From NCBI GenBank assembly GCA_032249395.1, contig JAVVFY010000003.1, positions 28,329-92,328 on the forward strand: DNA of 64,000 bases, given 5' to 3'. Below the pieces are notes generated by a model. It had not been told where the DNA came from, made no database searches, and worked only from the letters and a program-made list of their open reading frames with translations. Below are positions 50,901 to 60,715 of this stretch, one piece after another. A program made the translations under genes and the position numbers. The stretch's first letter is position 1. Each line of letters begins with the position of its first letter. Origin of the DNA: Candidatus Aenigmatarchaeota archaeon. GTDB lineage: Archaea; Aenigmatarchaeota; Aenigmatarchaeia; CG10238-14; SpSt-28.

Positions 50901-51603
50901 AGCCATGAGAGCTGGAGAGATACCAAGCACGATTGAAGTAAAGAAGAAGAATTTGGAACTATTTCAAAAATTAGAAAAAGCTGGTATGAAAGGGGAAGAT
51001 GCGAGAAACGTATTGCTTATTTACAATAAAAATGTTTTCATCGATCAAACAAAAGGAGTACAGTTCTTGTTAGAGGCAATTGAAATGATTAAAGAGGCGT
51101 TTAAAGAAGTTATGGATGATGGTCCATTAGCAAGAGAACCTTGCATGAAGCTTAAAGTAAAATTGGTAGATGCTGAATTACATGAAGATCCTGTACACAG
51201 AGGCCCTGGTCAGATAATGCCGGCTGTAAGGTACGCTATAAGACAAGCTATGTTGTTAGCAGGTGCCTTGCTATATGAACCTAAACAAATCTTGAGAATA
51301 GATATTCCGAATGAGAATATGGGAATTGTAGTGAGGGAAATAGAAAATAGAAGAGGTAGCATTCTAGAAATGAAAGAAGAAGGAGAAACAATGACAATAA
51401 TGGCAAAGATACCCGTTTCCGAGTTGTTTGGATTTGATGCAAAACTTAAATCTTTAACTAGCGGTAGGGGATTTTATAGTCTTGTTGACATAGTTTTTGA
51501 AAAGTTACCAGACGAACTAAGAGAACAGACAATAAAATCAATAAGAAAAAGGAAAGGTCTGCCTGAAGAGATCCCTAAAGCTGAAGCTGAGCCGGTCTCT
51601 TAG
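47923..51603 (+). CDS. fusA: Elongation factor 2 (aEF-2) interrupted by an intein. The exteins total 735 aa.
   Basis: The N-extein ends HVHHGK. The C-extein begins TTLTDNLMAGAG and continues with DTPGHVDFGGDV, NKTDR and the rest of the EF-2 body. Confidence 0.9.
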   Translation: MTMKKEMIERIKECMKHPERIRNVATSSHVHHGKCVSGDTLIFLEDKTLTAKELFEIAKKDGVLLKKDLEEIYKLAEPISVLTYKDGVISRGLITHAWKIKNFDKLIEVETNDGRRIKVTPEHKFLIFKNGKIYEKEARDLNRGEILVLPNVIPSKSIDLKEIKTYFLKKLSEDYSFLAYVSDNLKKKLHKIVIEYGRMKIHKEIKSKIKPLSFYHGVWGGRYRISDLIKLAEKFQVDLSEVYDNIEFISYRKGIKRYGSRTSIKLKLPKNEKEFIEFFYLLGLLFGDGSVNLTFDNNNPKLLEKVVKICREILGTSPVLKKYKNKCPRVYLNGGFTLKFFLNKVFDYPLKSKAKNLRIPCILFNLPLHFISSFIRGYFDTDGSVHQTVYLSSASREVLEGIKLLLLRFGCHSYIREKIASIKDRKYREFVLHISGRIDLERFIHFIGFGVDYKQKKLERLHLNASFSKVFDTIKIELPFIKMVENQIALLPVVNVREVYGEDFVYDFTVEETHNFLANGFFIHNTTLTDNLMAGAGMLAEEMAGKVMYTWFDPEERKRQLTVYGANVSMVHEYEGQDYLINLLDTPGHVDFGGDVTKAMRAADGTIVLVDAVEGVMPQTETVFRQALREYVKPVLFINKTDRLIKELKLTPEQMMERFERIIKDVNGLIDKYCPPEFKGKWYVSVKDGSVAIGSAFKRWAISIPYLQKSGVTLKEVIQLTLEGKEEELAKKAPLHQVVLDMIIRHLPSPVEAQKYRIPKIWKGDIESEIGKQMLNCDSNGRLAAIVTKMIPDEHVGFVATARIFSGKIFKGKEIYLVNSKKKEKVQQVAVFKGINRVPVDEVTAGNVVAIVGIPEAFTGETICDVDYTIEPFAEIKHIFEPVVTKSIEPKNPMDLPKLVDALRKIGKEDPTLIVKINQETGEYLVSGLGELHLEIKVEHKLKDMGIDVELSPPIVVYRETILKPSPMVEGKSPNKHNKLYFIVEPLEDGVYEAMRAGEIPSTIEVKKKNLELFQKLEKAGMKGEDARNVLLIYNKNVFIDQTKGVQFLLEAIEMIKEAFKEVMDDGPLAREPCMKLKVKLVDAELHEDPVHRGPGQIMPAVRYAIRQAMLLAGALLYEPKQILRIDIPNENMGIVVREIENRRGSILEMKEEGETMTIMAKIPVSELFGFDAKLKSLTSGRGFYSLVDIVFEKLPDELREQTIKSIRKRKGLPEEIPKAEAEPVS
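48025..49497 (+). mobile_element. Intein of 491 aa with a LAGLIDADG homing-endonuclease domain, inserted in the EF-2 P-loop
   Basis: Cys1 is in block A (CVSGDTLIFL) and block B is VTPEHKF. The endonuclease motifs are LLGLLFGDGSV and FIRGYFDTDGSV. Blocks F and G read VYDFTVEETHNFLANGFFIHN, followed by Thr at +1. The size is 1473 nt, or 491 codons. Confidence 0.9.
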
Positions 51604-51661
51604 ATTTTTAAATGGTTAAGTTAAGTATTTAAATTATAAAATTACAAATTTAAAAGGAGGG

Positions 51662-52939
51662 ATGAAGATGGCAAAGCCTCACATGAACATTGTAGTAATT
51701 GGTCATGTAGATCATGGTAAGTCAACAATAATTGGAAGATTGCTATATGAAAGCGGGGCCGTTAGAGAAGAAGAAATGAGAAAACTGCAAGAATTGGCAA
51801 AGGAATTTAAGATAGAGGGTGGTGAATTTGCTTATATCGTAGATAGAGAGAAAGAAGAGAGAATGAGAGGAATGACAATTGATATCATGCATAGACCTTT
51901 CGAAACTCAAAAATATTTCTTTACTGTTATTGATGCTCCGGGACATAGAGACTTTGTTAAGAACATGATTACTGGAGCATCCCAAGCAGATGCAGCAATA
52001 CTAGTTGTTTCTGCTAGACCTGGGGAAGGTGTTCAAGAACAAACTAAAGAGCATGCGTTTTTAGCAAAAGTTCTAGGCATTAACCAATTGATTGTAGCTA
52101 TTTCTAAAATGGACCTTGCAGAATACAAAAAAGAAGTATATGAAAAATTAAAAGAAGAGACAAGCAAGCTTCTAAGAAGCATTGGATATAATGTTGATAA
52201 GATACATTTCGTTCCCGTTGCCGCACAATTCGGAGAAAATATCATAAAAAGAAGCGATAAAATGCCATGGTATAATGGGCCTACTTTAGTAGAGGCTTTA
52301 GATACTTTGCAAGTGCCTCCAAGACCTGTTGACAAACCGTTAAGAATACCGATACAAGATGTTTATTCTATTACTGGAGTAGGAACAGTCCCTGTAGGAA
52401 AAGTTGAAAGTGGTGTTTTAAAAGTTAATGATGTTGTTGTTTTCGAACCAAGTGGAGTTAAAGGAGAAGTTAAGTCTATTGAGATGCACCATCAATCAAT
52501 ACCACAAGCAATGCCAGGAGATAATATTGGATTTAATGTTAGAGGAGTGAGCAAAACAGATATTAGAAGAGGAGATGTAGCTGGTCATCCGAATAATCCA
52601 CCAACTGTTGCTAAAGAATTTACAGCTCAAATTGTAGTATTACAACATCCAACTGTAATAGCTCCTGGTTATACTCCTGTATTACACATACATACTGCAA
52701 CAGTTGCAGTTAGATTTGAAGAATTAATCGCAAAAATAGATCCAAGAACAGGCAATGTTATACAAGAAAAACCTGAATTTTTGAAAACGGGAGATGTAGC
52801 AAAAGTTAGATTAGTACCAGTAAGGCCTACTGTTATAGAAAAGCAATCAGAATTTCCAGCTTTAGGAAAGTTTGCTATAAGAGATATGGGAATCACTGTT
52901 GCTGCAGGAATAGTATTGGATGTAGTTAAGGCCAAGTAG
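51662..52939 (+). CDS. tuf: Elongation factor 1-alpha
   Basis: The motifs [22 protein letters not shown] and SKMD are present. The likely true start is MAKPH at 51668. Confidence 0.9.
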   Translation: MKMAKPHMNIVVIGHVDHGKSTIIGRLLYESGAVREEEMRKLQELAKEFKIEGGEFAYIVDREKEERMRGMTIDIMHRPFETQKYFFTVIDAPGHRDFVKNMITGASQADAAILVVSARPGEGVQEQTKEHAFLAKVLGINQLIVAISKMDLAEYKKEVYEKLKEETSKLLRSIGYNVDKIHFVPVAAQFGENIIKRSDKMPWYNGPTLVEALDTLQVPPRPVDKPLRIPIQDVYSITGVGTVPVGKVESGVLKVNDVVVFEPSGVKGEVKSIEMHHQSIPQAMPGDNIGFNVRGVSKTDIRRGDVAGHPNNPPTVAKEFTAQIVVLQHPTVIAPGYTPVLHIHTATVAVRFEELIAKIDPRTGNVIQEKPEFLKTGDVAKVRLVPVRPTVIEKQSEFPALGKFAIRDMGITVAAGIVLDVVKAK

Positions 52940-53025
52940 ATTTCTTATTTTCAACTTTTGCATTTTTATTTTGAATATTTTATAATTTTATATAAAGTCT
53001 ATCGTATTATTACAATGGTGAAAAT

Positions 53026-53349
53026 ATGCAAGTAGCACGAATAAAGTTGGTTGGAAGAAATCCAAAAAAGCTAGATGAAATAGCTAGAGAAATAATCGAA
53101 ATAGCTAAAAAATTTGGAGTTGAGTATAGAGGGCCTATTCCTTTACCAACAAAAATACTAAGAATAACCACTTTAAAAACTCCATGCGGAGATGGGACGG
53201 GTCATGGAAATGCTACATACGATAAATTTGAGATGAGAATACACAAGAGAATAGTAGACGTGCAAGCAGATGAGAGAACACTAAAACAAATATTAAGAGT
53301 TGGTATTCCTCAAGATATTCATGTTGAGATAAAGTTGATAAATCGTTAA
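53026..53349 (+). CDS. rps10: Ribosomal protein uS10
   Basis: The sequence ARIKLVGRNPKKLDEIAREIIEIAKKFGVEYRGPIPLPTK fits uS10, and the gene follows tuf as expected. Confidence 0.9.
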   Translation: MQVARIKLVGRNPKKLDEIAREIIEIAKKFGVEYRGPIPLPTKILRITTLKTPCGDGTGHGNATYDKFEMRIHKRIVDVQADERTLKQILRVGIPQDIHVEIKLINR

Positions 53350-53381
53350 ATCATTTTATTTTTCTACTTCAAAACTTAATA

Positions 53382-53981
53382 ATGAAAACATTTATAAAAT
53401 TTTTTGAAAATGATGAGAAAGAATTTGAAAAAAATTATAAACATTCTGGGTTGACTATAACTGTTTCTGGGTTGACTTGCTCTGGTAAAACAACTGGCGC
53501 GAGGGCAATAGCAGAGTATTTTGGACTAGAATATCATTCTTCAGGTTCAATATTCAGAGAAATTGCAAAGAGAAAAGGGATACCGCTAGAAGAATTCGTA
53601 AAAATAAGAAGCAATGAAATTGACATAGAAGCGGATAGACAAACGTTAAAATTGGCGATAATTGGTAACGTTGTTTTAGATGGTAGATTAACAGGTTGGG
53701 TTGCTGGAAGATGGGCTAATGTTAAGGTATTTTATGATGTCCCATTTGAAATAAGAGTAAAGAGATATGCAGAAAGAGAAGGAGTTGATGTTAATACGGC
53801 AATAAAAAGTGTTAAGGAAATTGATGAAGCTAACGAGAAAAAGTACAAAAGTTTGTATGGTATTGATTTATCTGACTTATCTATTTATGATATAATTATT
53901 GATAACAGCAATTGGAGTTTAGAGGAATCTAAGAAAAAATCTATTGAAATTATAGAAAAGTTTTTGGAGAAAAGAAAATGA
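53382..53981 (+). CDS. cmk: Archaeal-type cytidylate kinase
   Basis: The P-loop is ITVSGLTCSGKTT, and IAEYFGLEYHSSGSIFRE and VVLDGRL are present. Confidence 0.7.
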   Translation: MKTFIKFFENDEKEFEKNYKHSGLTITVSGLTCSGKTTGARAIAEYFGLEYHSSGSIFREIAKRKGIPLEEFVKIRSNEIDIEADRQTLKLAIIGNVVLDGRLTGWVAGRWANVKVFYDVPFEIRVKRYAEREGVDVNTAIKSVKEIDEANEKKYKSLYGIDLSDLSIYDIIIDNSNWSLEESKKKSIEIIEKFLEKRK

Positions 53982-54919
53982 AGGTAATACCAATAGCTTT
54001 TGATTCTTTTGGAGTAAGAAGTATGGCAACTTTTGTTAAAACTAAAGACGTAAACATTCTAATTGATGGTGCCGCAGCTTTAGGACCTAACAGATATGGA
54101 TTAAAACCAACAAATGAAGAGTTTAAAGCGCTAGAAATATGTAAAGATATAATAGTAGAAATTGGAAAAATTGCCGATATATTAATAGTAACTCATTTCC
54201 ATTACGACCACCATCCTTACCCATGGGATGAGAATCTATACTCAATATACAAGAACAAAATCATTCTTGCAAAAGATATTAGCAAAGACATAAATCTCTC
54301 GGGAAGGATTAGAGGCAAAATATTTGAAAGTAAAGTTAAAGAAAATTCAAAATTGGAATATGTGGATGGCCGAAGCTTCGAATTTGGTAACACTATTATT
54401 TCATTTTCAAAAGCTGTTTGGCATGGCGATGTAGGAAGCAAAGTGGGAAAAGTTATAATGGTTTATATCGAAGAAGGCAAGGATTCTTTTTTGTTTGGTA
54501 GCGATGCTCAAAGTCTAGCTGATAAAGATGCTCTAGAATTTGTTAAAGAAAAAAATCCGAATTTTTTGATAGTTGATGGTTATCCAACAATCTTTGTTGG
54601 ATGGGAAATACAAGAAAAAAATTTTCTAAAAGCTAAAGAAAATTTAAAAGAAGCAATTAGAGAGATCGATGCTAAAAAAATTATTTTAGACCATCATATA
54701 GTTAGAGATTTGCATTATAAGGAAAAAATGAAAGATGTTTATGAACTTGGAGAGCAATTAAAAAAAGAAATATTAACAGCTGCAGAATTCCTTAAATTAG
54801 ATAATTTTTTTCTAGAAGTCTGGAGAAAAGAAATTAAGGAAGGTAAGAGAAAAATAGAAGTAGATAAATATTTTGAAGAATTAAAAAACAAAATAAGAAA
54901 AGAAATAGAAACAGCCTAA
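53978..54919 (+). CDS. Metallo-beta-lactamase-fold hydrolase (UPF0282-like)
   Basis: The metal motif is VTHFHYDHH and the N-terminus is MKVIPIAFDSFGVRSMATFV. Confidence 0.6.
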   Translation: MKVIPIAFDSFGVRSMATFVKTKDVNILIDGAAALGPNRYGLKPTNEEFKALEICKDIIVEIGKIADILIVTHFHYDHHPYPWDENLYSIYKNKIILAKDISKDINLSGRIRGKIFESKVKENSKLEYVDGRSFEFGNTIISFSKAVWHGDVGSKVGKVIMVYIEEGKDSFLFGSDAQSLADKDALEFVKEKNPNFLIVDGYPTIFVGWEIQEKNFLKAKENLKEAIREIDAKKIILDHHIVRDLHYKEKMKDVYELGEQLKKEILTAAEFLKLDNFFLEVWRKEIKEGKRKIEVDKYFEELKNKIRKEIETA

Positions 54920-55038
54920 AAACCTTAAGATCTATTCCTTACTCTTTTTCTTCTTTCCTCCACATCCACGTGCCACATTTACTCACCATTTTTATTTTTC
55001 TTTATAAAAATTTAGTTAATCGATTTTTATAGTTTTTA

Positions 55039-55707
55039 ATGATAGATGAGAGTAATATAGAACAAGTAATGAAAACTATAGAAAAATTTATTAAAGAAAA
55101 AACAATGATTAAGAAGTTTGTAGAAGAAAAATTTAATCCATTTCAAATACTTGTTGCCACTATACTTAGCGCGAGAACAAAAGATGAACTAAGCGAGAAA
55201 ATATCTAGAAAGATTTTTGAAAAAGTTAAAGAACCTAAAGATTTATTAAAGTTTAGTGAAGATGAACTAGCAAAAGAAATTTACCCAGTTGGCTTTTATA
55301 GAATTAAAGCTAAAAATCTTTTAAAACTTGCAAAAATTATTATAGAAAAGTATAACGGTAAAGTTCCAGAAAAAATGGAAGGGCTTCTAGAGTTGCCTGG
55401 AGTAGGAAGAAAAACTGCAAACATAGTGCTTTCATATGTTTTTAACAAACCGGCTATAGCAGTTGATACTCATGTACATAGAATATTTAATAGATGGAAT
55501 TTTGTGAAAACAAAAAATCCTGAAGAAACTGAAACTGAATTAAGAAAAAAATTGCCAAAAAAACTCTGGAAAAAAGTCAATAATTTACTTGTTAATTTTG
55601 GAAAAACTATATGTAAGCCAATTAAACCGCTATGCAACAAATGTCCGATAAATAGAATTTGTCCCTATCCTCAAAAAGTAAAAATAAGATTTGTTCATGA
55701 AAAATAA
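55039..55707 (+). CDS. nth: Endonuclease III (HhH-GPD glycosylase/lyase with an Fe-S cluster loop)
   Basis: The motifs [25 protein letters not shown] and AVDTHVHR are present, with the cluster [17 protein letters not shown]. Confidence 0.85.
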   Translation: MIDESNIEQVMKTIEKFIKEKTMIKKFVEEKFNPFQILVATILSARTKDELSEKISRKIFEKVKEPKDLLKFSEDELAKEIYPVGFYRIKAKNLLKLAKIIIEKYNGKVPEKMEGLLELPGVGRKTANIVLSYVFNKPAIAVDTHVHRIFNRWNFVKTKNPEETETELRKKLPKKLWKKVNNLLVNFGKTICKPIKPLCNKCPINRICPYPQKVKIRFVHEK

Positions 55708-55715
55708 TTAGTTTT

Positions 55716-58163
55716 ATGAGAGAGAAGATTTTTCTTATTGACGTTGATTATGATGTAGAAAATGATAAAGGAATCATTTTTCTATTTGGAAAAAATAAAG
55801 AAGGCAAAAGAGTTTTGGTAAGAAAAGAGTTTTATACTTATTTCTTTGCAATGCCAAAAAAAGGAAAAGAAGAAATACTAAAGCAAAAAATTGAAAATTT
55901 GAAAAATCTGCCAACAAGAATCCTTTCTGTTGATATAGTCTCAAAAAACTGGATGGGGGAAGAAAGAAAATTAATAAAAATAACTATACAAAACCCAAGA
56001 AAATTAAAAGATGTTAGAGATGCAATAAAAGAATGGGAAGAGGTTGAAGAAACATACGAATACAATATTTCATTTTATAAGAGGTTTTTAATGGATTATA
56101 GAATAAAACCTTGTAGCTGGATAGAAGTAGAAGGAGAAAAAGTAGAAAATAAGTTTGATGTTGATACGACAATAGAAGCGAAGGAAATAAGACAATTAGA
56201 AGATTATGATGAACCAACACTTAAAGTTATTGCAATAGATACTGAATGGGTCGAAGTTGAAAATAAAGAAAAACTTATAATGATAAGTATTGCTTCGGAA
56301 AATTTGAGAAAAGTCCTAGCTTTATCAGACTGGCAACAAAAACAAGATTTCGTTGAAAGCTGTGCAAGCGAGGAAAAATTAATTAGGAGATTTATAGATA
56401 TAATAAAAGAAGAAAAGCCAGATATAATAGTAACTTACAATGGGGATGGATTCGATTTCTTAAAATTGAGAGAAAAGGCAAAACAACTTAAAATAAAGTT
56501 TAGTTTTGGAATAGATAATAAGGAACTCGAATTTGTCAGAAGAGGAAGAGTTTCCGCCGCAAGATGTTTTGGTGTTGTTCACATAGATGAGTATGTTTTT
56601 ATTGATAAGATACTTTCTGCTAGCTTAAAAAGTGAAGTTCTAACTTTAGATGAAGTTGCAAGCGAGTTAATTGGAGAGGGTAAAAAAGACCTAGAATACA
56701 AACAAATGGTTGAATTTTGGAGGGAAAGAAAAGAACTAAATAAAATAGCAGAGTATAGCATGTGGGATGCTAATTTAACTTATTTGTTAAGTAAGATATT
56801 ATTGCCTCAAATATTTTCTATTTCTAAACTAACTGGAGAGATTCCTTTTGATGCTTCTAGATATAGTTACTCTCAACTTGTTGAAGCTTATTTGATGAGA
56901 AAGGCTGTTGAAGATAATGTACTAATACCAAACTCTCCGAAGAGTGAAGAAAGAGAAGTTAGAATGATTGAACTACCATATAAAGGTGCTATAGTAGTTG
57001 AACCGAAGAAAGGAATCCATGAAAATATTGCAGTGATGGATTTCAAATCGCTTTATCCAACTATTATAGTATCTCACTCGATTTCTCCAGAATTGTTAAA
57101 TTGTAATCATGAAGAATGCAAAGAAAAAAATAGCGTGCCGGAAACAAAAAATCACTTCTGTATAAAGAAGGTTGGATTTATCCCAAAACATTTAAAATTC
57201 TTGATTGATAGAAGAAAAGAACTAAAAGAAAAGATGAAAAAAGTTCCTAAGGATTCTCCGGAATATAAAATTTTAGATAACGAGCAATATGCAACAAAAA
57301 TAATTAGCAATGCTATGTATGGATATTTTGGTTTTGTTGGAGCAAGATGGTATAAGAGAGAGTGTGGAGAGGCAACTGCAGCGTGGGGAAGATTTTATAT
57401 TAGAAAAATAATGCAAATGGCTGAAAGTTTCGGATTTGAAATCATTTATGGAGATACTGATAGCATATTTGTTAGAAAGGAAGGTCTGTACTTAAAAGAA
57501 TTGGAAGAAGAAGCTAAAAGTTTTGTAGAAAAGGTTAATGAAGAGCTGCCTGGAATAATAGAGTTAGAGTTTAGAGGAGTTTATATAAGAGGAATTTTTG
57601 TTGCAAGAGAAAAAGGCGAAACTGGAGCTAAGAAAAGATACGCATTATTGGATATTAACGGAAATCTTGAAATAAGAGGTTTCGAAACAGTAAGAAGAGA
57701 TTGGTGCAAATTAGCAAAGGAAACACAAAGGAAAGTTTTGGAGATTATTCTAAAAGAGAAGAATCCGGAAAAAGCAATTAAATTTGTTAATGATACTATA
57801 AAAAGAATTAAGGAAGGAAAAGTTGATATCGAAGAATTAACCATATACGAACAAATAACTAAACCTTTAAGTCAGTATGAACAAATTGGTCCACATGTTA
57901 AAGCGGCTATGAAAGCAATAGAAAGAGGAAGAATTATTACTGAAGGATCAATAATAGCTTTTGTGATAACAAAAGGTATTGGAAGTATTTCTGATAGAGC
58001 AATGCCCGTAGAATTCGTTACAGAAAAAGATTATGATCCCGAGTATTACATACAGCATCAAATACTACCAGCTGCTCTGAGGGTGCTTAAAGCTTTAGGA
58101 TACACTGAACAAGATGTATTGAAACATAAAACAGTTGGATTGGAAGCATGGTTTAAAAAATAA
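55716..58163 (+). CDS. polB: Family B DNA polymerase
   Basis: Exo I is AIDTEW, motif A is DFKSLYPTII, motif B is KIISNAMYGYFG and motif C is YGDTDS. There is no intein. Confidence 0.9.
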   Translation: MREKIFLIDVDYDVENDKGIIFLFGKNKEGKRVLVRKEFYTYFFAMPKKGKEEILKQKIENLKNLPTRILSVDIVSKNWMGEERKLIKITIQNPRKLKDVRDAIKEWEEVEETYEYNISFYKRFLMDYRIKPCSWIEVEGEKVENKFDVDTTIEAKEIRQLEDYDEPTLKVIAIDTEWVEVENKEKLIMISIASENLRKVLALSDWQQKQDFVESCASEEKLIRRFIDIIKEEKPDIIVTYNGDGFDFLKLREKAKQLKIKFSFGIDNKELEFVRRGRVSAARCFGVVHIDEYVFIDKILSASLKSEVLTLDEVASELIGEGKKDLEYKQMVEFWRERKELNKIAEYSMWDANLTYLLSKILLPQIFSISKLTGEIPFDASRYSYSQLVEAYLMRKAVEDNVLIPNSPKSEEREVRMIELPYKGAIVVEPKKGIHENIAVMDFKSLYPTIIVSHSISPELLNCNHEECKEKNSVPETKNHFCIKKVGFIPKHLKFLIDRRKELKEKMKKVPKDSPEYKILDNEQYATKIISNAMYGYFGFVGARWYKRECGEATAAWGRFYIRKIMQMAESFGFEIIYGDTDSIFVRKEGLYLKELEEEAKSFVEKVNEELPGIIELEFRGVYIRGIFVAREKGETGAKKRYALLDINGNLEIRGFETVRRDWCKLAKETQRKVLEIILKEKNPEKAIKFVNDTIKRIKEGKVDIEELTIYEQITKPLSQYEQIGPHVKAAMKAIERGRIITEGSIIAFVITKGIGSISDRAMPVEFVTEKDYDPEYYIQHQILPAALRVLKALGYTEQDVLKHKTVGLEAWFKK

Positions 58164-58168
58164 AAAAA

Positions 58169-59584
58169 TTAGTAGGTTTTTCCAACCAATGTTAATTTAT
58201 CTGTATTCTGCTTACAAACTATGCAAAAGCCGATTTTTCTTTCATCATACAAAAATCCTATTGGCTCTATAGAAGGTCCTACTTCCTTAATCTTATCAAA
58301 ACATTCTTTACTTCCACACCAGTTAACTTTTGCAACATTTCCTTTTTCTATCCATTCTTTGACGCTTTCAATACTATCAAAATACTTTATCTTTTGCTGA
58401 TATAGTATCTCTACTTTCCTATACAAACTTTTTGGTATCTCTTCTTTCAACAAAACACTTACAACTTTCTCAATTTCTTGTTTATTAACTTCCATTCTTT
58501 CCTTAGTATCTCTTCTATAAACAGTATATATGCCTTTTTCGACTTCTTTTTCTCCAATTTCTATCCTTATAGGAACTCCTTTAATATCCCAAATATTAAA
58601 CTTTTCTCCAGGAGTCTTCTCACTTTTATCTATAAAAGTTACAACTCCGAAACTTTCAAGCCTTTTCTTCAACTCTTCTGCTTCTTCTAAATAGTACTTA
58701 CCTTCTTTTGGAATCGTAATTATAACTACTTGAATAGGAGCTATTTTTGGTGGTAATACTAATCCTCTTTCATCACCATGTAAAGAAAAAGCTGCTACTA
58801 AAAACCTTGCCCCATTTCCAGTACAAACTTGCCAAACATATTGCTTATTTCCTTCTTCATCAACGTAAAACAAATCAAACTTTTTTGCATAAGCTTGACC
58901 TAAATTATTTACACTTCCATTCTCTAACAACCTACCATTTGGTAAAATCACGTAAAATTCATAAGCAGACTCTGCTCCAGGAAATATTTCATACTTAGGT
59001 TTTTCTACGCATATTGGCGGAATATTTAAAACTTCCTTCCATATGTACTCATAAATTTTTCTGTGTTTTTCCATTTCTTCGTTTGCTTCTTCTTTTGTTT
59101 TATGAGCTGTATGGATTTCGTGCCAAAATGTGATTTCTCTGTCTCTTATCATTGTGTGTGTCGTCTTTCCTTCGTTTCTAAATGAGGAAACAGTTTGATA
59201 AACTCTTATTGGTAGTTTTCCTTCCATTATCCAATATTTAAAAATGGGATACATTGCTGGTTCGCCTGTAGGTCTTAGGATCGCATTCTCTCCTTCGACA
59301 TAAAAAGCATCGGTTTTAAATCCTTCGAACCACTCTTCATTTATTCTCGCAAACTCTAACGGAACGAACAAAGGAAAGTAAACCTGTTGTATTCCATTCT
59401 CTTCAAAAATTTTATCCCAAATTTCTGTTAATCTCTTCATTATTTTAAAACCATATGGCAACCAAACAAAAGTTCCCTTTACCGGATACCTTCTGTCTGC
59501 AATTTCGGCTAACTGAAGCAAAGAATTATACCATTCTATAAAATTATCTTTTGAAGGAAGTCTCTCCGGCTTGATTTCCTCCAT
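58169..59584 (-). CDS. proS: Prolyl-tRNA synthetase (archaeal/eukaryotic type)
   Basis: It has a class II core (FRNEGKTTHTMIRDREITFWHE) and the C-terminal Zn-binding-type domain ending in GKTY. Confidence 0.85.
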   Translation of the reverse strand: MEEIKPERLPSKDNFIEWYNSLLQLAEIADRRYPVKGTFVWLPYGFKIMKRLTEIWDKIFEENGIQQVYFPLFVPLEFARINEEWFEGFKTDAFYVEGENAILRPTGEPAMYPIFKYWIMEGKLPIRVYQTVSSFRNEGKTTHTMIRDREITFWHEIHTAHKTKEEANEEMEKHRKIYEYIWKEVLNIPPICVEKPKYEIFPGAESAYEFYVILPNGRLLENGSVNNLGQAYAKKFDLFYVDEEGNKQYVWQVCTGNGARFLVAAFSLHGDERGLVLPPKIAPIQVVIITIPKEGKYYLEEAEELKKRLESFGVVTFIDKSEKTPGEKFNIWDIKGVPIRIEIGEKEVEKGIYTVYRRDTKERMEVNKQEIEKVVSVLLKEEIPKSLYRKVEILYQQKIKYFDSIESVKEWIEKGNVAKVNWCGSKECFDKIKEVGPSIEPIGFLYDERKIGFCIVCKQNTDKLTLVGKTY

Positions 59585-59646
59585 TAAATTTATTTAACAT
59601 TAATATTTAAACCGAAAGTTCTTATTTTTTATTATCAATTTAAAAG

Positions 59647-60702
59647 ATGGAATTGAATAACCTTTGGTATGTTATAAGTTTTTTTGGAGAGGTAGCTTAT
59701 TGGATGGGTTTTGCATCAGCTTTTATTATTATATATCCATTTCTAGAAAAAAGAAGCAAAAGAAAACAAAGATGGATACTTTATTATTTATTGCCTGCTA
59801 TTGTTCTTTCGTCTTTGTCTTCTTTTTTCCTAAAGTTAATATTTAAAATTCCAAGAATATGTGAAGGACTAGAATATTGTCCTGAAACATACTCATTCCC
59901 TTCTGGCCATTCTACAGTAGCATTCTCTTTATTTACTATATCTTTGCTACATTTTAAAGATATAAAGATTTATTTGCCTTTATTTTTTCTAGCAATACTA
60001 GTTAGTTACTCAAGACTTGCTCTAAAAGTTCATACTTTAAGCGATGTAGTTGGGGGAGCTTTAGTTGGAATTTTAGTTTCTTCTTTTTGGTATTATTTCT
60101 TTAGAAGAATCGAAAATAGAAAGAATGGAGCTAGTTTTTACTTCAGAAAACTAATTCACCTATTAGGAATTGCGGTAATTTTCTTGAGATTAACAGTAGA
60201 AACAAAATACATCTCTCCTCTATTGTTTTCTCTAACTTTATTATTTTTCGTTTCGGAATTGCTTAGATTAAGAAAAATGAAACTCCCTATATTCTACGAA
60301 ATATCAGAATTTTGCAAGAAAAAAGAAGAAAGAGGATTTTTGGTACAACCATTATTTTTCGCTCTTTCCCTATTCATTTTACTACACTTCCCTTTAGATT
60401 TCTTTATAGTTGGTAGTGTGCCACTAGTTATAGGTGATGGTTTAGCAGGATTAATTGGTTATAGATTTGGTTCTCATAAACTTTTCTACAATAAGAATAA
60501 ATCTATAGAGGGAAGCATAGCATTCTTTATCTCAACACTTATTAGCTTTCTTCTATTTTTTGATGTTAAAATTTCTTTTATATTGGCGCTATTTTCAACG
60601 ATACTGGAAATCATTATAAAAAAATATGAAAACCTTATATTGCCATTTGGTTGTGTTTTGTTTTATTTTGTTTTGTCAAAAACAATAATAAATATTTTCT
60701 AG
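59647..60702 (+). CDS. Fusion membrane protein: N-terminal PAP2 phosphatase plus C-terminal dolichol-kinase/CTP-transferase-1-like domain
   Basis: The PAP2 motifs are KLIFKIPR, SFPSGHS and SRLALKVHTLSD. The C-terminal motif GDGLAGLIGYRFGSHKL...KSIEGSIAFFI is typical of the dolichol/phytol kinase-CdsA superfamily. Confidence 0.65.
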   Translation: MELNNLWYVISFFGEVAYWMGFASAFIIIYPFLEKRSKRKQRWILYYLLPAIVLSSLSSFFLKLIFKIPRICEGLEYCPETYSFPSGHSTVAFSLFTISLLHFKDIKIYLPLFFLAILVSYSRLALKVHTLSDVVGGALVGILVSSFWYYFFRRIENRKNGASFYFRKLIHLLGIAVIFLRLTVETKYISPLLFSLTLLFFVSELLRLRKMKLPIFYEISEFCKKKEERGFLVQPLFFALSLFILLHFPLDFFIVGSVPLVIGDGLAGLIGYRFGSHKLFYNKNKSIEGSIAFFISTLISFLLFFDVKISFILALFSTILEIIIKKYENLILPFGCVLFYFVLSKTIINIF

Positions 60703-60715
60703 GTAAGAAAGATTA

